64,000 bases of DNA, from the NCBI GenBank assembly GCA_000934665.2, contig KZ538067.1, forward strand, positions 62,001 to 126,000. The letters run 5' to 3'. The position numbers and the translations under genes were made by a program. Positions 48,109 to 61,925 of the stretch are shown here, in pieces; positions within the stretch are counted from its first letter, which is position 1, and the number at the start of each line of letters is the position of its first letter. The notes beneath the pieces are model-generated. The model saw only the letters and a program-made list of their open reading frames with translations, was not told the DNA's origin and made no database searches. This DNA comes from Catajapyx aquilonaris (taxonomy: Eukaryota).

Positions 48109-51100
48109 CATGCAGTAGATTTTTTAAACTAATTAGTTGAGCGGATGTGTCCAGCAAGATCATCATCATCATCATCATCACATGCAGTAGATTTTTTAAA
48201 CTAATTAGTTGAGCGGATGTGTCCAGCAAGATATTTCGAAAGCCTCCTCTCATACCTTATCAACAGAACTCGCAGCTGATCTGAAGTAATCACATAGTAG
48301 GAAGCATCTCGTACAAGAACAGTCACAGTCTTGAAGGTAGCCATCAATAAGTCCAGGTTGTCACCATGTGAAGCTCCAGGTGCTGCATACTTGTGGAGTA
48401 TGACAAACAAGGTCTCAGTGATAGTTTTCACTGACTTCTTGACAGCAGGTGAAGGGTGTTTGAGAAAAAACCCTGTGCATCGGACAGACATGGCAACCAA
48501 CTTGATGTTGGGGGATTTGAGGCACTCAACCAGATGGCATACAAGAGGGTCCAGCATGCTACGGTGCAGTTGGGCCTCTTCGGTGTCCCCAGTAAGAGTC
48601 ACTTTGCCTCTTTTTAGAAGAAGATGTAAGAGAGCTAGGCCAAAATGGATCAACACATGAGCATTTGTCTTAGGAGACGTCTTTGTGGCTGGACCCGCTC
48701 GTCCAGGATTAGCTGGGATGATGAATGTATCTGTTGGCTGAAAATGGCAGAGTTAATTTTTTTCCCCTCAGGCATTATCATTAAACTTGCAATTTGACAG
48801 TACCCTGTACAATAATACTAACACATTTTAATGATTTACTCATTGCAGAAAACCAATATTGACATAGTGAATCTGTGAATTTGCCATTAAAAGTCATTTG
48901 CAATATAGTTATGACCTAAAGCCAGCTTTTGTTCATGTCTTTAGATACCTGCCAAATGCCAAGGCTGTTCTACTGCCACTAAGGTCTAGTTGCACAGAAA
49001 ATATTTTCAGAAAACATGATTTGCCTGGATAACAGTCGGAGGTCTGTTATTCATTTCTGTAAAGTGTAAACAAAGTTGTCAACAATGAATAAAACTTTTC
49101 TGGCCCTTTTCCAGCCAGAAAATGTTTTCAAGAGGTGCTGAAACTGGACCTAAATTCAAAATCAAATTACAGTAGCAGATATGCAGAGCCGAAACAAAGA
49201 AAATAATGCTGACCTGCAGCCTGATGTCATGTGGCTTGGCCTTTGCTTTATTGGCCTTAATTCCAGTGAGCTGAGGAATACTCTGTGACACCACACCATA
49301 GAGAAATTCAATTAGGGCCTGTGTGTCCACTCCTTGGTTGTCAGCCAGGCCAACTGCCATTTGCTGCAGGCACTCCTCCACCTTCTTGACCTCCTTGTGA
49401 GACCTGGTCTCATGAAGCACTTCCTTCAGGGGTAGAATCAGGTCCATCAGCACCTTGCTAGATGCATATTCAGCGAGAAGATGATAGGTATCAAATGCTG
49501 TGGTACGTCGAGCCTCTCGAACATTACGCAGGTTGCCCTTCTCTTCACCTTCCTTCTCTTTTTCCTCAGCTGTCTTGCCAAATATGTCTGTGTGGCATAA
49601 CTACAAGAAAAAAATTAATTAATTAATTACATACTTGTTTAAAAAACAATATAAAAGCAAGACAAAAAGTTGGGACAAAATTGAGCTCTTTAACAGTTTA
49701 ACACATATCCTGTGGTCTCTTAGAAAATCTGCATTTGACCTGATTTTGTTTTCCATAACCTCAGTTACAATGACTTTTGACAGGAAACCAGAGAAAACCC
49801 ATTGAAACCATTTAACACAAATGTGCAACATAGGAATAGCCTTCAGAAGCAAATAGCACTTCCATATCAGTCAAGTGGCTCGCAAATCATGCTGCACATG
49901 CCTTTGGTGTGTTTTGTCTGAAGTAGATATTACTGGGTCCAGACCCAATAATCTTATAGGCTAAGAACTCACAGCATTATTTATTCTCCCACAGCCTGAC
50001 TAGGAGGTCATGATTTTCCCCTGATCATTTGACCTTTCTAGTTTCTACAAGAATCTGACATATTGCATCTGTGGTGCTATTTACACACACAATTTTCACT
50101 TGAGGATAATTGTGTCTGCACCTTTGCCACATCAGTTTATTGAAATATTCTCAACATGTGCAGGCAGCAACTAGCAAGGCTAGTGTAGAGTTGCCCAGCC
50201 CTCTGAATGCTGTGTCAGGGTTGTGTGTTTCATGACTAAGCAATGTGATAGGGCTACAAAACATGTTTCTCTCATAAAGAATAATTTGCATAATTCTCTG
50301 GATAAAGCATAATTTTATCAACAATACCAATAAGAGCCCCTGTAAAGAGCATAATCTATCATACTTCAATTATTGTTGTAAAGCACTCGTCCAGGTCCCC
50401 AGCCTCCATCTTTGTCTTGAGGGCAATCAAGATAGAATGCAGTGTGAAGAGGAGGACATGAGCATGGAAACCACGGTTCAGCATGACTTTGATTTGGTCC
50501 AGGAAGGGGGAAAAGTAGGTTGGGCCCAGGCTCTCCATGGCTCTCTTCAGGGTGTCTCTGGCTGACTCACGGACATCTTCTGCACGGGACTTCAGGAAGG
50601 AGCACAGCTTCAGGAGAACACTGAGGAAACACACTAGCATATAGTTTCCAAGCCAATGAGAGATGTCAGGTGACACAGTATTGATAAGCAACACCTCCAT
50701 TTTATTTCTAATCCTAGAATTTAACTTGTCATATCAATAATTATCTAAAGGGTAATTCCACTGTAACTAACGCAAACACCTGGAAAGGGATTCGTGCTTA
50801 CTGATATTTATTGCAATGGCAAAATAGTGTTAATGGAAAAGTAATGGGGAGGTGTGGTGGCCGAGATGGTAACGTCTTGGCTTGCTGAGTGAAAGGTCCC
50901 AGGTTCGATCCCCGCCTGGGGAGTTTCCTTTCACCTGCGTCAGGAGGGTCTGACCTGCACCAAGGAGGTGTCTGGCAACCTAACCTCCTGGGGAACAGCA
51001 CATTGCCCAATGCTTGACATTGCACTTGCACCCATGTTCCCTCCCCAAAAATCCCTACCCTTTCCCAATGTCCCTGTTTCCTTGCACCGGAGAAAGAAGC

Positions 51101-51192
51101 TGGAAAATATAGAAAACTGATGGTGTGCCACCCCCCCCCCCCCCCCNCCCCCCATTGATCTCGTAAGGGACATCACGGGGTAATTTTGTTAA

Positions 51193-51256
<64 letters not shown>

Positions 51257-54200
51257 GAAAAGTAATTTAAAATTATTCCCATGTGGATGCCTCCTGGCAG
51301 CTTATTGCCATATTTTTAGAATTTCGCAACAGTAACTTGAATGGACTTTGTAAAATATTAATATAATGTAACTGATGCAACATGAAAAAGACAAGCTCTT
51401 TGGGGGGTGCTGTAGTGATGTGAAACCCTCTGCGCTGAATGTGTTTAGAAGTAATGTTACAACTGATATGTGCTCTACACTAGAGGAGCAATTTCGTGAT
51501 TATTTTAGACCACACCTATTCATGTTCATGTTTTCAAGAGAAATTAGGATTAACATAACTGATGCAACAAACAGTCGAAAGCTGCGTCAGTTATGACTGT
51601 TATATCTTGACTTTTCCATGGTTCTGCTGCTAACTGGTAGCAGAACGTTGCTACACCCTCTTCATCTGACTTAATGACATAATGATCTGCTTTCAATAGG
51701 TCATCTACCACCCCACAATACGCGACTTCATTTTTGGATCATGCCTCAGTTCCCGTGGAATTACCTTAAATGAAGACCTCGGGGGAAGAACTATCAAGGT
51801 CTACCTCAGGTGAAACTGAGATATTCCCATTTTAAATTTCGAAGGCCCATAAGGTTCTATTGTAAATCCCAATTTTGGGGCCTTCCACAGTGACCTATGA
51901 TCATTACTCCACATCCACGACCAACCCATCATATTCTACACTAGTGAAAGTATCTTCTGAGGTACGCAACTCATTTTTGACAAAAAGTGGACCTTGATCG
52001 TTCTTCCCCCGAGGTCTTCAAATAATCTTTTCATGCACAGGTGAAAGCTTACGGTTTACATAAACGTACGAGGGCAAATAAAAAAGTAATTGACAACTTT
52101 TTTATTTCCAAAGCTTCACTACTGAAACAGAAACTGACATATACAGGGTGTTCCAAATATTTGGGTCACTTCTTGATAACTGATATCGCCCAATAGCAGT
52201 TATCAAGAAGTGACCCAAATACTTGGAACACCCTGTACATATGAAAGGGCAAGTCTTCCTCTATTTTTAGACATAGTCACTCTACACTTTGGTGCAGCAG
52301 GACACTAGTTTTTTTTCCATGCCACTGCAGAAAAAAGCGTTGGGCTGGCTTGGAAGTAGTGGCAGATGGCCTGTTTCACTTCCTCGTTGTCGCTGAAGTG
52401 CTGACCCGCCAGGTGGTTCTTCAGTGGTACGAAATGATGGTCTTGACCTTGGTCTACCATCTCTTAGGACCAAGAAAGAAGCACTGGCTTGTTAAGACCT
52501 CAGCGACATAAAGGAAGTGAAAGAGTGGCTTCCCACCCAGCCTGATGTTTTTTTATGCAGTGGCACGGAAAAGCTAGTGTTTCGCTGGGACAAATGCACC
52601 AAAGTGTATGGTGACTATGTCTAAATATAGAGGAAGACTTGCCCTTTCATATGTATATTATGTTAGTTTCAGTTTCAGTAGTGAAGCTTCGGAAATAAAA
52701 AAGCTGTCAATTACTTTTCGATTCGCCCTCGTATTTAAAATGTGTCCAAATGTGATAAGCAACCTGCATGTCATGAAGCAATAAATTAATATTGTGTTGG
52801 ACGCCAGCCAAGGATGTCACCATCAAAAACACTATGCTCACTCTAAAATCAGTACCGGTACTGTAGTACACTCACCCAGGTATATGTGCATCTCCTAGCT
52901 TCTTTGGCAGGGTCTGGAGCAGCTTTATGAGAGCCAATGCCACTGGAACCCTCAGAATTTCCTTGTCAGAAGAAAACTCCTTCATATTGGTCTTATGCAG
53001 GGTTTCATTTGAGTTTCTCTGTGACAGGCATGCCTTCAGCTCTGGGAGGAGGGAGAGGCATATAGTTCTGTGGATTCTGGTAGCAGTGGCAGTTGGTAGC
53101 ACGGTTGACTTTTGAGTATCCCCCTGTTCTTGTTCCTCATCAGTTGAGGCAGTAATGGTTTCCAAAACCACATCCATGCCTTCACTCTCATCTGTAGATA
53201 CTTGTTTTTTCTCTGCTGGCTCAGGTTCAACTTCCATGCTCACTGATGAACCAACTATAATTTGTATAATGCAATAATTAAAATATGATATACAGTCTAT
53301 GGCATTCTGGTGGGAAGAGAGAAACTAAAACTCACAATAAAAATCACAGTCCCTCTACCAGTAACCCCTTGCCCTAACACTGATATATTTATCAAGGAAG
53401 TCCTAACAACAGGAGGCAGTACAGGTTTAAGCCTGTGTCACAAAAAAAAGTCGCAGCGTTCCTACGCTGCGGCATACGCGAGCAGTGAAACCCCAGGGCA
53501 ATGGGCAGTGGATCTCCACAGGGGAAAACGCCTATGCAATCCATGAAAATCTATTGTGCGAGTGCAGAGTCCTCTCAGAAAGAAAAGAAACTTCTCTTCG
53601 CACGCACAGCCATGGTCACAGCCAGACAAGACGGATAGGGTGTGCTAGGAAGAGCAAGGTAGGGCAGAGCAGGGGTGCGGGCAGGACAAGAGCAACAGAG
53701 AGTGGGGTTGAGAGCAGGACACTGGGCGGAAGACGAGGCAGACCCTGGGCAGAGCAGGGCAGGGGTGTGGGCAGGGAAAGAAGGGGGGACAAAGATGTCT
53801 ACCATGTCATGAAGCAGGGTTGAGGTTGGAAAGGGAGGGATGGCTGTCATGTGACTGCACAGGCCCTCTTCCCATTGGCAGTCACCAGCGACAAACTGCC
53901 TGAATATCAGGCCAGCAATATTCTGCATTGGGCCTGTTTGCCACAGTGACAGACACCATCGCGCAAGAAATTTTTTATGGGGATTGGCCTGTCGCGTACT
54001 GCACGCAGCCTCAGCGATGGAACGCCACGACTTTTTTTTGTTAAACAGGCTTTACCTTGCACTAACCCATTTGGACTCGTGTATAAATGGGTTAAATTAT
54101 TCTTTATTACAGGTTGTCAAGTAGTTAAACAGTGCAGCAGCTTACCTTGCTCTGCATTGCTGAGATCAAAGTGAAATGCATTCAGGATAGCCACAACAAT

Positions 54201-57200
54201 CCTGACAGCCTGCTTCTGGAACCGAAGCTGCCTCCGGAGGGCTTGTAGGTAGAAGCGAAGGATCATCTCATAACTAAACCAGGGCAGGCACCTACATATG
54301 GCTCCAGTGGCCTGCATGCCAAAAATGTCATTCAGTAAAACACAACTTGAAGCTGGTAAAATATTGAGAAAATTATCTACCTCAATGGCAGCATCAATGA
54401 GCTGTCCATGCTTTGAGTAGTTTTCATTAAAGAGGAAACCTGACACGAGAGGAAGCATCACTTGAGTCAAGGTAGTAGACTGCAAGTAGGATCTATCCTC
54501 TATAAGGTGACGAGACAACCTGGACAGAAGCAAATAAATCATTAACTTGCCTCTTGTTAAACAAAAGCATTATTATTCCCATTGAATTAGAACAAATAGA
54601 TGCAACAAAACAAATCTGAATAAAATGGACTCCCAATACAAACCTCCCAAGAGCTCTCCATCTCCGGTGCACTTGAACATGGCATATGTTTTCAAAAAAG
54701 TCAGCCTCCAGATCCCGAATGTTTGTCAACTTTTGCAGATCACGTGCAGTTGTGCTGCAGTTGGAACTATGACGGCACTAAAGATGACAAATACATTTAT
54801 TCAGCCTTGGTCTTACAAAAATCTGCAAGTGAGTAAATACATACCAAAACTCCAAGAGCAGAGATAAACTCGTGCCTGGCAGTTTCAGTTTTTTCCCTCA
54901 ATCCCCGTCGCAGAAGTGGCATCAAAGCCTCATTCAACACAGCTGAACAAACTTCAGGATGCTTTTTCCAAACATCATTCATGGATTTGCACAGATTTTG
55001 CAAGCAGTGTGTTGAGCTGTTTCTTAAGGACATGTCTTGTTCCTACAGAAAGAGAACATAAATTTGGGTACAGGAATTCAATGACACACACTGTATAGCA
55101 CATATGCTTACTTCAGTATTTTTTCAAATAGCTTCACACAATATTAAACCAAAATTGCAAAGACACTCACAGTTCGGATGAAGAAGCACAGGTTGTGGGA
55201 AGCAAGAATCATAGCATCCTTCTTGGCAATTCCAGTTTCCCAGAGTTGATTTAGTTTTGAAAATGCTTCCAGACGAAGGTTGTAATCAGGTTCATCAGCT
55301 TGATTGGGATTCCAAGCATTCAAGTTACAAAATATGGCACATATCTCCTCGTATTCAGAGCCACCTGTGGTGGCTTGCAGCACCTGTGAATAAAATCATA
55401 CGCTCAGCAGGTTTTACTGCAAACACTTGGCTTATCGCACGAGCAGGCACCAAACAATTTACAGCACAAAATTGTTTAACCCTTCCGTTACCACCATAAG
55501 AAATTTTTCATGGGTGGGGTTTAATTATATTTACAATCGCCACCTTGTCATCGGCCACATCTCCATGAACCAGCCATCTTTTTTCCTCATGGCCAGCTTC
55601 ACCAAAGCCAACCTTTTAACCAGTGCTAGCTGTTGACAAGTGGCCATGAGGCGACATTTACTGCATTTCTTCATTAATTTCGCCAATGAAACAGCCGTTA
55701 CATGCCAAATTCCAAGTCCAGAAATGTTACATCCGTGTTTCATAGTCGTTCACTATCGACCAAATGAGTGTCAAGAAATTTCTCACCATTCATTTCAATT
55801 TAGGAAGTAAATCCCAAATTTAGAAATTATGCCATAAAATTCATTGCTGGAACCTATATCAGAAATGGCTGCCATGTCACTGAGCTTTTGCTAATTACGT
55901 ACTTTGCTATGACTTGTTTTTCACCCTAGTGCAACGAAATGATGCCAATATTATTATTATCATTATTATAAATTATTATTTATTATACCCCGTGATAGAG
56001 CCTTGGCCTCTCTTAGGGGAGTGGAACACCACCATATTTTCTCATTCAATTTTCTGTGTATATCTTCAGACACAGTGCAGGGATATAAGGATGTAGGGTA
56101 AGAATGGGGATTTCTGGGGAGGAGACATGGGTGCAAGTGCAATGTAAATGGGTCATGTGTAGTCTCCCTGCAGATTAGGTTGCCAGACACCTCCACGGCG
56201 CGGGTCCGAGACCCTCCCGACGCAGGTGAAAGGAAACTCCCGGGCAGGGATGAACCCGGGACCTTTCACTCAGCAAGGCCGAGACGTTACCATCTCGGCC
56301 ACCACGCCTCCCCGATGATGCCAATAATTATTATTAGCTTCAACTCCAAAATGTTTTAATGGGTAAATTTAGCGTATAGGAAGGAAAAATAAGGCAACGC
56401 TGCATGGAATTGGACATGAGTGCAGGCAAGCGTAACCCAAACCTCAGCCTCTTTTTAACCATCTTATCGCTGGACGTAACAAATGTCAAACTTGTGCATC
56501 GAAGAGGACTTGAGTCACGCACACAAGTAGTTTTTCACTCCATATATAAGCATTATTGCACTAGGAGAACTACAGGGTGTTCCAGAGTTGACGACTCACT
56601 CTTTGAAACGCAATTACTTTCGAACGGAACAACATATTTATTTAAAGTATGTACCAAAACATCAAGGGAGGGTGCGAAAATCTTCCATGTATAGGTGGCA
56701 GTACTAAGCAATGCTCAGGTCTTGCAACAAAAATGGCCGAAGCAAGACTGTCGTTAGAGAAACGTGTCCAGTGTGTTCGACTGTATTCAGTGACAAAAAA
56801 TGTTACAGAAGTGTGCCGTCAAATGGCCAACCTTTTCGGTGGACCGGCTCCTACCCGAAAAACTGCTGCGAGGATAAACCAACGGTTCGATGAAACTGGA
56901 AGTGTCTTGGATCAAAAGAAACCCGGCAAAGGGAGAACAGTTGTGAATCCAGAAAACAAACAGCGCATCCGAGATGCACTGGAAAGTTCTCCAGCAAAAG
57001 CAAAATCAGTCCGATGCCTGTGGGGTTATCTGAAGGAAAAGGTTTACCAGTATTACCACCATCGAATCGGCTCCCTGGAGCATCTGCGTGACATAATCAC
57101 ACAGGAGTTCAACGCGATCCCTGTTGACTTCTGTCGGAAGATGTGCGACAACGTCGCCTTGCGATTGCAGGCCTGCATCGACATGGAAGGGGGGGTGGTT

Positions 57201-60200
57201 GACCATACCATGGAGAACATGTCTTAAGTTAGTATTTCCTTGATGTTTTGGTACGTACATTAAATAAATATGTTATTCCGTTCGAAAGTAATTGCGTTTC
57301 AAAGAGTGAGTCGTCAACTCTGGAACACCCTGTAGATAATGGTGTGAAATTCAAATTCTTTTTGCACTTTTCTGCATCAACATTTTATAACCAAAGAATT
57401 GACTTAAAAACATCAAATATTTGTCAGATGAATCTTATACTGTAACGATTCCGACGCCATCTCACTCATTAACATTGTGACCTTGACACTCAAGATACAG
57501 CGATTTTTTCGGTATCCCAATTTTTGGGATAGCGGTAGATAAAGGGTTAAAAAGGATTTCATTTCCCAAGTCATTTCCCTTACAAAACTGAAGTACTGAT
57601 GCCAACAGAATAACCACAATATGATACATAATATGTAAACACCAGTGATTCCTACCTCGCACAGAGCAGTCCTCAACTGCCTGCCCTCAAGATTGCTGAA
57701 TATGGGGGCCAATATCCTCACAAACTTTTGAGGATTGTCTACATTCTGAACTAACTGCTGTGCTGTTTTGAGCAAGCTAACAGCAGCTTCTCCTTGTGGC
57801 CCCTTCCTCTGGCCCAGTGGAGGGAGGATCATCTCCAGCACCTGTCCACTCCAGGTGCTTTCCTGGACAAATTCAGAGAGCCTGGACAATAAGCGCAGGT
57901 GCTGTGAGTTGGTGGGAAGGGCAGCCTTATTGCTGCTCTTTTTGGCCTGCTGGGAGGTCATCATCTTGTGCAAGTAGCTGAGGATTGCACCCAGGTGTGG
58001 CCAGAGAAGGAGGACCCCATAACTGGTTGTTCGTGTCACTGGGAAATAAATGCAACCAAGTAATGCGTGGACAAATCAGATATAACTGTTTAACAGCAGA
58101 GAGTTTAGAAGTAGGTTACCTACTTTACTACATGATTTCTTTCATTCCTAGTTAATGCTGCAACTATGCTACATTACATAACTTTGTCTCTTGCTAGGGT
58201 TTTTAAAAAGAGCATAACTCCTAGATGCTGGAGCAATTCAGTAACTCATATATGGAAACATTTTTAGAAATTACACCTGAACAATAAGGTGCATCAACCC
58301 AGATTTTAACGTGATATGGATGAGTTAACCAGATACTGTTTCAGATCCTTCAAGTGCACATACCTTTGATCCCCTTCACTTTGTAAGCAGTCACATCCAA
58401 ACAATGTTCACAGTGCACAGGGGGTCCCACATCTACCTCCATATTGTCCTCTCCATCCTCCTCCACTTCCAGCAGTCTCTCAACAATTCCAAGGACAGCT
58501 CCCTGCACTACCTTTGTTGTTCTCTCTCCATTCAACAGGTCCATTAAAATTGGTAGTGGTGTCACACTTGGACTGTCTGGCTTGAATTTGGCAAACAGCA
58601 CAAAGAACCTTTGCTCTTGGCTCCATTGCACCATCAGCTTTAACAAGGGAGTAGGGCTGTACACCCCCTCAGATGGCAGCCTTTCCAATAATGGCCACAC
58701 CGAAGCACAAAACACAGCCTCAACCGAATCTGCTTCCCATTCAAACATGCGAAACTGGTCAAAGAACTGAACCAGGCGCAACATGGCTGAAGTTCTGGCG
58801 GCTTTCAAGGGCTGCACATGCTTTTTGGAGATTTCAGACCTGCGTTTCAGCAGCTCTATTGACATGGTAATGATGGCCAGCACCACCTTCAGAAGAAAAG
58901 GTGCCATCTGAGGAGCCAGATTACCCATCTTAGACACCAATACACCTGACAAATGTAGCCAACTGTGCAGCTTTCCTGGTGATGGACAGTTGGATAGGTC
59001 TAAACTGGTGTGGATAGCTTCAACCGTTGCCAGAGCTTTGTCTGCAAAAAAATGTTTTTAAATCAAACAATCTTATTGGAATCAGCATTCTCTAACTCCA
59101 GGAACACTCACAATCAGTGCAAAACTATTAACTCACCCTGAAAAGCTGACTAGAATAAATGAATTGTCATTAAGCAATTAATGACTAATAATGTCAGTAG
59201 CAAAGTTCTGATGCTGCTACTATACAAAAGTGTCTATTGAAATATAAAGGTGCACACACATCAGATGCCAGCAGTCTACAAGTGTGATTATAATGGTCCT
59301 CTCAAGCACGTGCTTAAAAAAATATTAATATCGAAAAATGTGATACTGTCATGAATATTCACCTAAAGTATGTGTACGAGGGGCGGTCATAAAGTTCTTA
59401 CAATCACCACGAAAGACTGCGGACAGCGGCGAATTTTCGCTGCTGGGGCGTAAGCACGTTACTCTAATATGCGCAGGCGCAGAGAATCGCACTCTGTAGT
59501 TTTCTAGCCCACCGCCAGAGCAGGGAATTCAAGATGGCGCATGCCGCAGGAAAAGTCGAGCTGCGTGGTGTGATTATATTTTTATTTTTGAAGGGGAAGA
59601 ATGCCAAAGAAATCCATGCAGAGTTGGTGGATGTGTACAGGGACAATGCCCTATCCTATGAGACAGTCGCCAAGTGGCAGTGACGTTTCAATTGTGGCCA
59701 GACAAGCCTGGAAGATGACACCTGCAGTGGGCATCCCTCCGTCAGTGACGAGTCACAAATCGAGGCCCTGGTCATGGAAGACCGCCGCATCACAGTCGAA
59801 CAGATCATGCACAAAGTCAAGATAAGCCACGGCACCATTTGCGACATCCTTCATGAGGTCCTGCACATGTTAAAGGTCTCCGCAAAGTGGGTGCCACGAC
59901 TCCTCACGCAGGCTCATTTGACGTGGCTCATTTGACGCAGAAGACTGTGATGCTTTCGGGCAGTCTTGGGTATGAAATACTGACTCATCCACCCAACTCA
60001 GCCGACCTAGCGCCTAGTGACTTCTTCCTCTTCCCATGGCTGAAGAATCCGCTGCGTGGACGCCACTTCCAGAACGATGGGGAGGTCATCAATGCGGTGG
60101 AACAGTTCCTCAGCAGCCAAATGGAGGCTTCTTCAACGAAGGTCTCCGACGGGTCATCCATCAATGGGAGAAGTGTGTTACCTTGCATGGCGCATATGTG

Positions 60201-61845
60201 GAAAAGGACCTACCACACAATAGCTGCACTAGCCCGTGACTCTCTTCTTTCTAGGTGATTGGAAGAACTTTATGACCGCCCCTCGTAGTGTCACAAATGT
60301 TCATCCACTCTATGCTACATCGGGCCTTATAATGTGCAACCTGGATAACTACCAACTTTGCCTTTGATTACAATACCAAGGAATACATAACCAAAGGCAA
60401 CAATCTGGACAGGTAGTTATTGAGGTGGCTCATTCTAAAGTCAATAATATTGTAGAATGGTCATTTGTGACTTGTGATCAAGCCTCCTTTTTGTTAAAAA
60501 TAGGATCTGTACATCAGTGGCGAAGTATTAGTATTTTTCAGTTTGGTAATGGTACTGCCAGTAATACAGCTGCACTATCAAATTCTCACAATCAGTTCAG
60601 GTACTGCCCAAATGTATCAGTGGATCCATACTTATTTGGACCATGCCCAACATTGCCTGTTTAGGGATTGTTAAGTCACTGCAATTGTGTTGTACTTGTA
60701 ACTGAATTATTACAGCTGATTTGATAATGACCTGTATTTAAACTTTATTCTGCGAGTTATTTAACATCTGCATCCTATGTTCATTGCTCTCTTAGCTTGT
60801 GACACACCCTTAGCAGGTGTATACTGCTTGACTTAATGCAATGTTGTCATTGACTTGTGAGTGCAACATGTACAGTATGTCACAATCCAGCCAACTTTTC
60901 AGGGAGGGCAAACAGTTCCAAATCTGAGCTAGTCAATTTTGCATGCTGATATTTTCAAAATGAAGCCTGACCTTTGACAAGATTGGTGACAGCCCCAAAG
61001 GCTAACTCCATGAAAGTCTGCAGCTCTTCCTGTGTGCAGCCTGTAAGATATCTGACCACTAAGTTCCTTCTGGTATTTATATTTGCCTTCCCACTTGCCT
61101 TGGACCCTATCTTCTGCTGCATCTTGCCATACAGTATCCTGAAAAACAGAAGAAGAAATGTAAAATTACAATTTCCTTTTCATAGGTTAAAGAAAAAAAA
61201 GAGCCAATGGGAACAGCCCATCCTTTCCACAAATCCCAGAGCTTCATGGCTGAAGGTCCCGTAAGTTGATAAGTGATGGACAATTGATATTTCATTACTT
61301 ACAGCCAGGTAAAAAGAATCACTAAAATACTGAGAGAGAGAGATTAGCCACTCCTCATTGAAGTGGGCACTTGATTGCAACCCACATTTTATGACAGTTC
61401 ATTTTGATATTTCACATTAACAATGTTCTCAAAGTGACTTTAAAAATGAAAAGTGAAAAACTAGCAAGAAATTGAAAATAACAAATCAGTTGAAACAGTA
61501 ATATGGTACATCTCTGTCACAACGTATGTGAGTCCAAACACGCAAGAGATTATGCTTTTGCTTTTAGTAATGCAATGTGGCAGGGTCTATAGATATAAAC
61601 GGTACTGTATCATTGGTCTATGTGCTCCCCCAAGTACTCTAGCCATTGCTACAAAACACTACTTGTACGGCACTGCAGTTCTTCATCTTGACAGTGAAGG
61701 GAAAGAAACCCTCAGAACCTTATGACCCTCAACACGAAACCTCTCACTAAACATGTGCATTTAATGTTTCTAACACTTGGTATGAAAACAGTCATGGCAG
61801 TACAGTACATGGGATTTTTTTTTGGAACCTATCCCTTTCAATTAC

Positions 61846-61925
<80 letters not shown>

